Both the position numbers and the translations under genes were made by a program. 64,000 nt of DNA from Nageia nagi. Taxonomy: Eukaryota; Plantae; Pinophyta. This document shows, piece by piece, positions 1-10,959 of the stretch. The stretch is from contig JBITNC010000002.1 in the NCBI GenBank assembly GCA_050084985.1, positions 7,254,001 through 7,318,000 on the forward strand, given 5' to 3'. Numbering within the stretch: the first letter of the stretch is position 1; the number at the start of each line of letters is the position of its first letter. The notes beneath the pieces were generated by a model. The model was not told where the DNA came from. It worked only from the letters and a program-made list of their open reading frames with translations, and made no database searches.

Positions 1-1209
1 GAGAGAGGGGGGAGACAGGTAGCTCATTCTATGATACTGGAGGTGTGGGCATATGATCACATCATCATTTCTAGACCGATGATGTTACCCCTAGACCAAC
101 CAAATGATGTACCCACCTGGCAATGATGGGCAACGATAGAGGGACTAGATTTTCCTAGCGTGGACCTAGAGGGATGGTAGGTACAGTTTGACCTACTGCA
201 GGAGGTGCAGATATATTGGCATCCCTATCGAGGAGGTGTACCAAAGTGGGAGGAGGACATACAGGAGATGGCATGGGTGAAACACCCTACATACGTACAG
301 GCACGTAGGGCACTAGTGGATCCGTATAGGCCAGAGTGGGTACTCCATCAATTCGACCTCCAGCAGGGTATATCGGATGACTGTAGGATAGTGGTGTGCT
401 ACTACCGTAGCAGGCACCTCCTAGAGGACTATGAGCCAGTACCTGATTGGGACTCAGATTGGGAGTCCCCTAGCGAGGACTCCGACTATGGGGCTGATGA
501 TGACATAGATGGACCTGACCATACGGTGGATTACCTAGACTGGTGGAGGGAACGCTATCCTCACCACATAGGTATTCATGATACCGACTCAGGTGACTAT
601 GCATGGGAGGATGAAGACATAGGGAACATACAGACTGGATGGGATGCTCCCTTCACAGTGGGAGGGTGGGGAGGAGAGAATAGCCTGACATATGCTCATG
701 ACACGTCTCTAGATGCAGGTCATGATGACAATGAGGAGACCGATCCAGACCAGGATGAGTATGAACCTGAGTATGAGACGGATACAGATTGGGAGGAGGA
801 AGACTACGATGAGGATGATGATGGTAACCTATTTTCTCTTTTGCTTTGCTTTGATTTTCTACTTTTTATGATATGCAAAAGGACTAACATGATATGCTTA
901 TGCTATGTCACAGATCCTAAGGTCGAGATGGCTAAGCTACGTGGTCAAATCGGTCAAAAGGATGAGAAGATTAGAGAGCTACAGGGTCATCTACGGTTCG
1001 GAGGAGGGGATTATACAGGTATCTATTAGGACCTACAGGCAACTAACAAGGAGATCAAAGCCCTCTACGAGCAGCTTCGCTAGGCCGAGAGATAGATCGG
1101 CGAGGAGAAGGCACGTGCAGAGAAGTACAAGGCACGGTGCGAGGGTGGCACATCTAGCAGGGCTACCAGCTCTAGTGTAGGGGGAGGGGGCTCTAGTAGG
1201 AGATTCTAG
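1..1209 (+). pseudogene. Plant mobile domain (PMD, aminotransferase-like) protein with acidic tract and C-terminal coiled-coil-like segment; 3' part only, with premature stops and one probable intron (824-913)
   Basis: Frame +1 reads ILEVWAYDHI ... IYWHPY ... YRPEWVLHQFDLQQGI ... YLDWW, matching the PMD pattern (LLQxWxWE, WxPY, PxRVxRQFGxxQ, YxxWW). A D/E-rich tract and heptad-like KLRGQIGQKDEKIRELQ...YEQLR follow. In-frame stops at 124, 178, 1027, 1081 and 1093; terminal TAG at 1207-1209. Confidence 0.75.
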
Positions 1210-1572
1210 GTTACTCTATGTGATCTCATCCAGTTGTATTGTAAACAAAAACATTTTGATCATGATATATATATATATATGAAACACAAATTTTGGTACC
1301 TGATTTGCTCTTGTGCATGTACTTGTGATGAATGAAATTGATGTTCCGTGATTCTTGCAAACGAACGCCAATGACACGACTTGAAATTCTGACTTCTCAC
1401 GCTGCGGGAGGAATTGGAATCTTTTGACTTTCTCCTATTTTCCACTAAAAGAGGACCGTCGGTGGTCCTATTAGCATGAAATACAACACCGATGCTCCTA
1501 TTATGACGTCATGAAGCCCCCTAATCTCTTGACCATGATGTCCGTTAGTGACCTGAACTGACTACTAGCTTC

Positions 1573-1595
1573 TTTCTCTCTCTCTCTCTCTCTCT
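1573..1595. repeat. (CT)n microsatellite just downstream of the gag stop
   Basis: Visible TC dinucleotide run. Confidence 0.85.
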
Positions 1596-1606
1596 TTTAT
1601 ATTGAT

Positions 1607-2821
1607 CTACCAAATGATACCTCCGGAGGGCCTAGAGCTCCCATCGGTGCTAGCCTCACAAACATCTTCAAGGAAAATCATATTGACATGTTGCTCTTCC
1701 CCTGTATCTTTGACCTTTACCGGACACACATAGAATCCATCTTCTATGAGCTTCTGTATTCTGTCTCTAAGGTTTCCACACCCATTAGTAGCATGGCCCT
1801 TAGTCTGATGATACTCACAATACCTATCTTCCTTATACCAAGCGGGTCTTTCTGCTGTAGGATCTTCTTCATGCTTAGGTAAGGGTTGTAATAACCCTTT
1901 CGCCACAAGGTCTTTTAGGATATGTCTTGGAGGTATGGGAAATCTCACAAATTTCTTCTCCTTCGTCTCACTTGTCTTTTCAGCCACATGGATAGTTTTC
2001 TCCTTCTTATCCTTTGCTTTTGTCTTATCACTACTGCCATACTTCACAAGCCCTAGCTTCATAAGGACTTTCTCTTTCTCTAACAATTTATACGTCATAT
2101 CCGAAAATGCAAGATGTGTATAATCGATAACATGTGATTGCAAGGGTAATAAAATAGCTTCTTTAAAAATATTATTTACCTCTTTTTTCATTAATCTGGT
2201 CTTCACTTGCTGCCATGTCTTCTTAAACCTTACAACAAATTTGTCTAGCTGCTCATCACTACCTTGCTTTATAGCGCATAAATCTGATAACATAATCTCC
2301 CGCTTGATGTTATGCTTATATTACTCCAGGAACAAACTACTGAATTCTTCAAATGATGTGATGGACCCTTTAGGTAGGGCATAAAACCATTCTCGAGCCT
2401 CTCCCTCCAAGCTATGGGGAAAGAATTTAGCTTGCAATCTTTGATCTGTACCAATTTTGAGTTCACACTCATCCTTGAACCCTTGTATATGTCTTCTCGG
2501 ATCTCCTTCACCATTGAATTTGCAGAATTTTGGCTCTTTATAGTCAGATGGTGGCATGTGCATACGAATCTCATCGCAGAGAGGACTACCAAATTCAAAA
2601 GAATCATTAGGTGGAGCTGATCCCCTTGCCAATCTATCTATTTGCCTTTGCATACCCTTTATAGTAGCTTGAAAGTTACTGTTGTCACCCTCAGCACTAT
2701 TTTGCATTCCTTCGGATCCCTCTGGACCATCATGTCTGATTTCCACCAATAATTCATCCAAATCTCTTTTTGAAAGGCTACATAAGAATAATTTAAGTTG
2801 ATCCATAACTAAAACACTCAC
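1607..2821 (-). pseudogene. gag: Ty3/gypsy gag (retrotransposon gag domain plus CxxHxxxGHxTxxC knuckle), one premature stop at 2321-2323
   Basis: ORFs 2321-2821 and 1607-2293 are in the same frame, separated by a single TAA. Motifs: KFNGEGDPRRHI, FPHSLEGEAREWFYALPKGSITSFEEF, IKQGSDEQLDKFVVRF, YCEYHQTKGHATNGC. Confidence 0.88.
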
Positions 2822-2873
2822 AAGATAGATATTAGTCCTAAAAACCCTTGGGTTTTAGTACAATGATGTGCAG

Positions 2874-2891
2874 TTCACATCGGGTTCACCA
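2874..2891 (-). other. Primer-binding site complementary to tRNA-Trp 3' end
   Basis: Minus strand reads TGGTGAACCCGATGTGAA, 2 nt after the LTR CA end. It matches the complement of the plant tRNA-Trp 3' end (TGGTGAACCCGACGTGAA) with one C>T change. Confidence 0.85.
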
Positions 2892-2893
2892 AA

Positions 2894-3748
2894 TGTTTAC
2901 AAATAAAATTGATCGTGCAAATAAACAAATAGGCAAATATCTACAAACTCAATATTATCTGTATTTGAGCTACGGATAGCAATTTATTCTAAATAGCAAT
3001 AAACAAAATAACCAACTCAGAAATGTAATTGTACCAACCAAGACTGTAATTTGTGTACTTACCTCACAGAACATACCTGACAATGAAAGATGAATATGTT
3101 GGCGATGCACTGATGGTGAGTTGTCCTTCCAAAATCATAGTGACCTAAGAAGATGCAAAAATAGGACTGCGGGTGGTCCATTTCAGTGATATAGGAGCAT
3201 CGACGGTGTTCTTTGGTTCATAAAGGAGCACCGATGGCCTTCATTTGATGATTCTTGACCTCTCGATCAAGTCCAGAACTTCAATATGAATGTCTCAGAT
3301 AGCAGTGCGATATCAGAATAGATCATGGATGTTAGGATAGCTCGCGAAAGGAAGCACACAAACCACAGCCTTGTAGGCGGTACCAAGAGATACCTTAAGG
3401 GGTTGCCACTTACAAGACCATACGCAGGATCGTGTGTATCCTTGTTCTGTGGACTTGCTATTAGATCCCTTATTTATATAGATAATAGATAATACAACCC
3501 ATGGGTCAGCATACATCTACATAAACAAGGCTAATTCACAACATTCTAGATAAACACACCAATAAACAAGGTAATTTATACAATATTCAAGATAATTCAT
3601 GCAATATTCAAGATAATCATTATAAGATTCACATTTAAGACAAACATTGATACTATCACTTTAAGACATTCAAGACATATATTTAGACCAAGCATATTTT
3701 CATTAATTTATTGATTTAAAAACATAAATTCATTTTTATCTGTTAACA
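2894..3748 (-). repeat. 5' LTR (~855 bp) of the gag/PMD element
   Basis: TG...CA ends with imperfect terminal inverted repeats (TGTTTACAAATAAAATT versus the reverse-complemented end TGTTAACAGATAAAAAT). Adjacent to the PBS, with a minus-strand TATA-like TATATAAATAA near 3471-3481. Confidence 0.75.
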
Positions 3749-5541
3749 CCCTTGTACATGGGGTAAAAGGGTGATCCAAAGAGGGGTTTTGGCCTATAAA
3801 TAGAATGCTCCATCTTTATGATCACACACCAATTTGTGAAGTAAAGTTATGCTAGAGGATAGTGTTTAAGAGATGAGAATAGAAGAATTGTAAGAGTTCA
3901 TATTTGTGAAAGAAGTGAGATCTAGTTAGTAGATGTACTCCTAGTTGGAGGAACCACTTACATCTTATGTTATGTTATGAGATTGCTTTGTAAGTTATCT
4001 ATATGTGAATTATGAGCTTTCATGAGATCTTGGTAGGATAGGGTTGTTCATGTTATAGTTCAATTCTTCACATTTCCTTAGACTTTTCTCTTCCCGTCCT
4101 TAATTTCGTGCTACCTGGATGTGATATATTTACTCTCGAACATGATTCTTTTATACATACAGTTCCCACCCTATTTGACTATTAATACGACTTAAAGTTT
4201 ATTCCTAGGAGTTATTACAACACCCGATTGACTTTGACTAGGAATTTACGAGCCAAAATACCAAAGAGAAGGACTTATACATATAATAGCAGGATTATAT
4301 ATACAATAGCTAGATGTTGACAACACCTGAAATTCTTCAAACTTAAGGCTAATAGAACACTCAAATTTCATGTTAAAGGGAAGAGAGTTGGATTAGAAAG
4401 AATTTTCTGAAAAGAATGGAAGAATAAAAGAATGATAGTGTGTTACCTCAACTTAGAGTGCAATTCTGAAAGAATATAGTAAAGCATAATTTTGTATGCA
4501 CCAAATAAATAAACACTCCATTCCCAACACAAAATCAGAACCTTCTCATATTATTGATTTTAAAACCAAATGGAAGTGTGATATGCAGCAATCCCCCAAA
4601 ATGTATATAAGGATTTCACTATATTGACAATTCACAACAATCCTACTATGAAATGAGAAATCAAACGGTATGCACTAGATGCAAAAAGGAATTCAATGAC
4701 TCACTCGAACTAGAACGTTCCCTCCAACTCTAAGGTTGAATGATCAAGCAAGATTACAAGTCCCCCTACTAAAAGGAAGATCTTAAATAATATGCTAAAC
4801 TAAGGCAACCTCAAATGCACAAGTCAACACTTCAAACCAAGTATGACACTAAATTACAGAGTCTACTTGGTTGTGACAAGCCAAATACAATAACCCTATT
4901 ATAAAATTATAACTAAAAATACCTTAAAAACACACTATTTTAAAACATGGTTAGGACTATCTTTTACAGGTTGAAACACGATAAGGGTTGCATTTAGTTT
5001 GTAAGGGTTACAAAATATAAATTAAAGATGATTTAAGGTCTATCTAACTTTGCTTCAACTGCTATGATGATTGGAAGTCAATCAAACATTAGAGCATATG
5101 GAATTTAGACCAAAACATAGGATAATTCAACACTTCCCTTTATTTTGATTAATTTTAAAAAAATAATCTTAAATCCTCTAAAAAAATAATAATTCAATGC
5201 TATAAATTTTAGGAAAGATGAAGATAGGCTCCCAAACTCAGTGAAATAGCTCTTTATTGAGAAATGTATTCAAGGGCACATTTTGCAAGCATAAATGTGA
5301 TCATGTTTACTCGTAAATATTATAGGGTTCATGTTTTGTACTCTCATACAGCATTTCTCCCCAAATTTGTAGATCTAGATCGTTGCACTTGCAAAATGCC
5401 TTTATGCAAATTTGATTGATAAATTAAAAGAATTATGTATTTTGTCCAAATTTCATGGGTATAAGTTCAAAATTAAAGAACAAGGATTTGGAGGGAAAAT
5501 TCAAGAATCCTCCAAATTCTAATTCCATTCAAAAGAAAGGC

Positions 5542-6668
5542 TTCATGTTGGGTTCACCAATTAAAAAAGCCCTAAAATTCCTGCACTATGCACTTCACAC
5601 ACACAAAGATGTTAAATGCAAACAAGGATTAAAGATACACATAAATATGCTTTTAAACTAAGGAATGGTCAATAATTTTTGTAATTCCTCAAATTGTGTC
5701 TTCAAACCTATGCATATCTTATATATCAAGATCCTAATGTAATTTAATAATGGAAGGGGAACCTCCAACTGTAAGCCTTTAAGGCCTTAGGTAATTAGAC
5801 AACTTTTTCTTGCTATCCAATGTTGCATGTGAGCCCCCTAATCCAAATTCATATGGATGATAGAATATAGAAACATGGCTATTATGCACAATATGTTTAT
5901 GCCTATAAATATAGAATCTAGAATTCTTTATATCCAAGAGGATCCAAGCACACCCATAAAGTTTAGATTAGTTTTTTACCATAGATTCCTCAAATGTGTT
6001 TACAATAGAAATAAATCAATCTAATATGCAGATTATCGTGGATTTAATTTAGATGTATCATACAAGCACAAAACCCATGAATAAGACAATATATCTAGTA
6101 GAAGGATACTTCTCCACCAAGATCAATCCAATTCCATAGTGAAAAGTTTCTTAAACCTACAAAAACCTTAAACATATGCGAATATGATCAATCCAAATAA
6201 AATCCACCATGAAATTACCTCCAAGATTACATCTATGGAGATAGAATGAGCAAATTATGGTGGATTTAGTTAAGATCCTTCAAACCCTTAAGATTTGCTT
6301 CAAACCCTAACTATATTTTTTCCAACCCTAGCTTTAGAATCTTGTAGCACTTTAGAACATGTAATCACAATAGAAAAGTTATACAAATGAGCAAGAGAGT
6401 AGAATCTTAATTTTGAGTTGACATATATACTCAACTTAACTTTAAGTTAGGTAACTAGAAAGCACCTTTGGTAGATTTAAGTGAATAAATAGTGTTTTTG
6501 AATACTTTAGCTCATGATGTGCTCTTTCCTTCCGTTAAGGCTAAATATAGATATGCAATAATGTATTTAGGTCATTGAAAAATATTTTAACCATTTAGTA
6601 AAGCATTCAAACATTTTTAGTATTTTTGAGTGATTTTAAAATAAATATGCATTGTTTGGGTATCTACA
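5542..6668 (-). mobile_element. Older decayed LTR remnant with a second tRNA-Trp-type PBS
   Basis: TTCATGTTGGGTTCACCA at 5542-5559 is the Trp PBS with C>T decay. A possible LTR end TATCTACA lies at 6668. No coding remnant was recognised. Confidence 0.4.
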
Positions 6669-7269
6669 GTCTAGTATGATGATATGAAAATGAATACATT
6701 CTTAAAGAATGTTATCGCCATTATCTTGCACATAGCTCTTCCTTAAATATGAGTGTAGGATTTTCTTATAGACTATTTTATTTAGTTATATTATTCTTTT
6801 GCCATCACTCTTGCATCAAGATTTAGCTTGGTATATATCTCACTTGTTGTTACTCTTATTTATGAAAATAGTTAACATAAATATTTACATTGAACTTGAG
6901 GAATTTAGTCTCTATGGGTGAGATGTTATACATCATAACCCATAGACATACATTTTGTTATTTATTAAAGATAAAACGTGATCTCCTATGAAGGATTAAG
7001 CTTCTCAATAAGCATAAATAACAATCTCACGAAATATTCATTTATATTGGTAACCATAATATGTTTTTGAAAATGTTATTCCTTAGACAAGAGAGGATGT
7101 GAGCAAAGGTAAGCTTAATGTCAGTATCAATTTAGTTTAAGGGTCCAATGGATCCAAAATTTATATAATTAATGAGAACATGGAGTCTATAGGGTAAAAA
7201 CTAATTGGTATTATTTTTTGTTTATCATTGTGAAGTATTACTTCGAATGATATAATTCGTTGTTATTAT

Positions 7270-8040
7270 TTTTTTAATGAAATTTAAAAAAAAAGAGCAA
7301 TTCATAAGCTAGAACTAGTTGATATATACTTATTTATTTATTATACATGAGAATTGATAGTTCATAAGGTAGAATTATCTTGTATCATTATTGTTTATAT
7401 TTTAAAAATGATAATTTGTAAGTTAAAAATCATTATTACTTTTGGAAAATGGATGAATGATAGTTTAAGAGATGGCAATACTTAATATTATTTATTTTAT
7501 ATAGATAGTGAAGGTTATATGATAGAATTGGATGAAAGTATCTCTTTAATATTTATGAATATGAAGCTCATATAATAGAACATATTTAATACTATTGTCT
7601 TAGATATAAATGAGAATTGATGGTTTGAATGATAAGAAATCTAGTTGAGATTATTTCCTCATTATATATGAGAAATGAAGGATAACATGTTATAAACTAG
7701 TTTAGAGTATTTGTTTAATGTATTTGAGAAATAAAAATTATAATGTTAGAAATAAGATGAGATTCTTCTTGGTATTAAATATAAACTAAAATAAAGCTCT
7801 TATAATAGAAATTGGTTGAAGTCATATCTTTGAATGTACATGAGAATGAAGTTCCTAGGATAACAATTAGCAAGGAACATTCTTAATACATACAAAGAAT
7901 GAAAGTTCTTGCCATATAATATATATCAAAGCATTTATTTTCCTTATGAGATTATCACAAGCTCTTATGATAAAAACTACAAGCAATTATTTTATGTATA
8001 AGATAAATGTAAGTTCTTATAATATAAACTAGTTATGTGG
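7270..8040. repeat. Highly degenerate AT-rich tandem repeat (~58-60 bp period)
   Basis: Recurrent ATGAGAA(T)TGAAG..TTATA(T)(G)ATAGAA(C/T)TAGTT-like units. Confidence 0.5.
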
Positions 8041-9658
8041 AATTTTATTCATACTTAATGGGAAGGTACCAATTAAGGATATAATACAAAAGAAATTCAA
8101 TTTACCGTTCAAATGAAGACTTGGCATGTAAGGGAATTATGCCTTATCAACTTTCCTTGTGAAATGATCATTAATTATTATTATGTTTGTATAATGTGTC
8201 ATTGTTAAATGTGTCATTCTCCTCACATGTAATTGTCACTAGCTCATATACGGTTCAATGTAATTATTTACAGGTTAAAAGAAGATGTGATATTGTATGT
8301 CACAATTGTACCATTGAAAATGTTGGTGCTATTCATTATATGTTCCATTAGACCACTGATGAAGCATGAGGGTGGATGTACTTAAGCTCATTCATTTAAT
8401 AAGATATATGAGAAAACCTTTATCCGAGATTTTTTCCCTCATAAGATTTTCCATGTAAAAATCATGCGTTGTCATTATTTATGCACATAATGTTACTTAT
8501 TCAATGTTTTTGATTTATCTTTTAAATTTGTTAAGTATCAAATGATTTGATGCATAACTACTATCTTAGGCTATAAATAAACCATTAGACCTCTAGTATA
8601 ATTATCGTACCTTAATGACATACTTACAAGAGATAATGGGTTGGTGTATCTCTAAAGTATTATACAAAAAATAATTTATGTTCATAAAAGGTCCTTTTTT
8701 TAGATAGTTGAGATTGACCCCTATCTGCACTCATGGGGGGAGTAAGTAGAATCCTTCTCCTAGGATTAATGCATAGGATTGGCATCCTCATCCAACAATA
8801 ACCTTTGTAGAGTTGGAAGTACACTTCTCTAGAATATGGGCCATCATCCCAATGCACCCACCCACCTAAGTGTTTGAATGTTAGACCTCCTAAAAGACAA
8901 CCAAGGCTAAAACCACTTGTGTTGAGAACTCTCCCCATAAATGTCCTTCTTAACAAATGAGTTAAAATAAATGATGCAAATTTATGAACACATGTTTAGG
9001 ATTAATCTTTGCTTACATATCTTTATGAAGGTTATAAATTCAATAAATTTTATATCCTACATTGATAATGTTTAAGTTATTTCTTTAGACAACAGAAATA
9101 AGATACAATTTTTAACTAAGAACTTTTACCTATCATAACATATGGGTAATCAGTGATAAGTTAACTGAGGTTAAGGTTATCTCAATGACTAAAAAAATAT
9201 AAAGCATTATTTTAAATGATTGTTACATGTTTGGTGGGAAATATGTTGCATTTTATCTTTATTTTGACTATTAAGTAATAAGTGTAATGGAAGGGAAGAT
9301 CAAGGGTAATTACCAAGTCCTATAATAAGATAATATCATGATAGTTAAGTAGAGTATTAATGATTTTTTTTGTATGAAGCTTATTTTTTCTTTTATTATG
9401 TGTAATAATTAGTAAAAGATAACCATTGATGCTATATTATGTGTTAAAAACTTTGATGTTGCATTGATTGTATAATTATTTTTATAAGGTGTGAGTGGTA
9501 TTATTACTTAGAAGAAAAATATCTACAAATACATGGGATGACCATTAGTAGAAACATTGACCTTTCTATTAAAGAAGTTTATACATTTGAAGCAAACTAC
9601 TGGATATCACAAATCTCTATTTAAGAAATAATATTGTAGATTACAAAGAAGTGTGTAG

Positions 9659-9840
9659 TTTTTTTTTTTGGTATTGGTCATGAGGGTTTTGAAAGGCTTC
9701 ATAATTATTGTATAATTAGAACTTTATCACACACACATAATATTTAGAGCATATCTTTGTCTACAGAGGATGGGATTTGAACATGGGACTCCATTTACAA
9801 CAACTGGGAGTTTCCACATTCACGGTTCACCAACTCCCCT
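9659..9840 (-). mobile_element. Probable tRNA-type SINE
   Basis: Poly-T at 9659-9669 is a poly-A tail on the minus strand. A B-box-like GTTCAAATCC lies on the minus strand near 9773-9783. About 180 bp long; no convincing TSD. Confidence 0.45.
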
Positions 9841-10959
9841 AACAAGTGGGGATAGTATGCAAATCATTTAAGGTACAATATGAAATTTGATGAAATCAAC
9901 CCTTTTCAAATTAACTTATAATCTACCAAGATCTCAAGAAGACACTCTTTATTGGAATAGAGCGTAAGAGAGAGTAAAAGAGAGTTCTCCTCCATAAAGA
10001 TATAAGTGGAGATGAGAACTTTTATATTTTTGAGAATTAAGCAAGATCTTAGTTTGAGACTTACTACAATACCATTTGACAAAATGGTTTACAATACAAT
10101 CATTAACCATAACCGGTTTCACTATAAGTATAGTTAATCAATCACTAAGTTGACATGTGAGCCTCCATGAGCCTACCCACCCAAAGTAAGTAACCTACAT
10201 TCACAAGATGAAACTTGCACGCTATAAGTAGCTCATAAATAGATCAACTAGATGCATCATATAAATATTTGTATCAATCATATGATAAATAAACTAAGTA
10301 ATGCCATCCATAAACTAATCAATGATGCATTATAAGTCATCACGAAGATACCAAGCCAATACTCAATCATCTGATGTATATTAAAAACATGTGTTGATCA
10401 ATGATAAAAAAAGAGAATATTCACATATGAATCACTCACATATGGATAACCAAACAATGCCAACAACCATATATTGATTTCTCACATAGTGGTAATAGAA
10501 ACCAAAATGTACCATGAGTTCTTCACATAAAGCAAACTAACCACGAAGGTGTACATTTAAGATAAATACTATACAACAAAATACCATCCTAGGGATGAAG
10601 TTATCATCACAAACAGAATTCAACATAAGAATTCAAACTTCACTTCCCCTTGAGGATAACTTCACTAACCATAAGAAACTTGAAAAGTGTGCACAATAAA
10701 GTTTCTAAAGCAATCTAGTGAATAAATCAAGAGAGTTCAAGTTAAATTAACAAAGCTGCAGTTGTTTCATCAAGAATTTTCTCCCTGATATAATGTGCTT
10801 GGATGTGAGGTGCACTATAAGCCATTACTTATAATCACCAAAAAAGTAATTTATAATCAAAGTATACAAATAAAATAAAGTGCCCAACAATTTTATTAAG
10901 AAGGAAGTAGTTACAATGGATTCAATAATAATTCAACCTTTACTCCTTTTTTGAGGGCA

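Larger units (their letters stand above)
1..3748 (-). mobile_element. Ty3/gypsy-type (non-chromovirus, Athila/Tat-like) LTR retroelement, apparently non-autonomous: 5' LTR, tRNA-Trp PBS, gag, then an antisense PMD gene; continues beyond the window start
   Basis: LTR at 2894-3748, PBS at 2874-2891, gag at 2821-1607 and a convergent PMD frame at 1-1209. No protease/RT/RNaseH/integrase sequence is seen between gag and PMD. Confidence 0.8.

Noticed and set aside
2874-2891. tRNA-Trp gene
   Set aside because: Only the 18-nt 3' end including CCA is present, next to an LTR, so this is a PBS. The same applies to 5542-5559.
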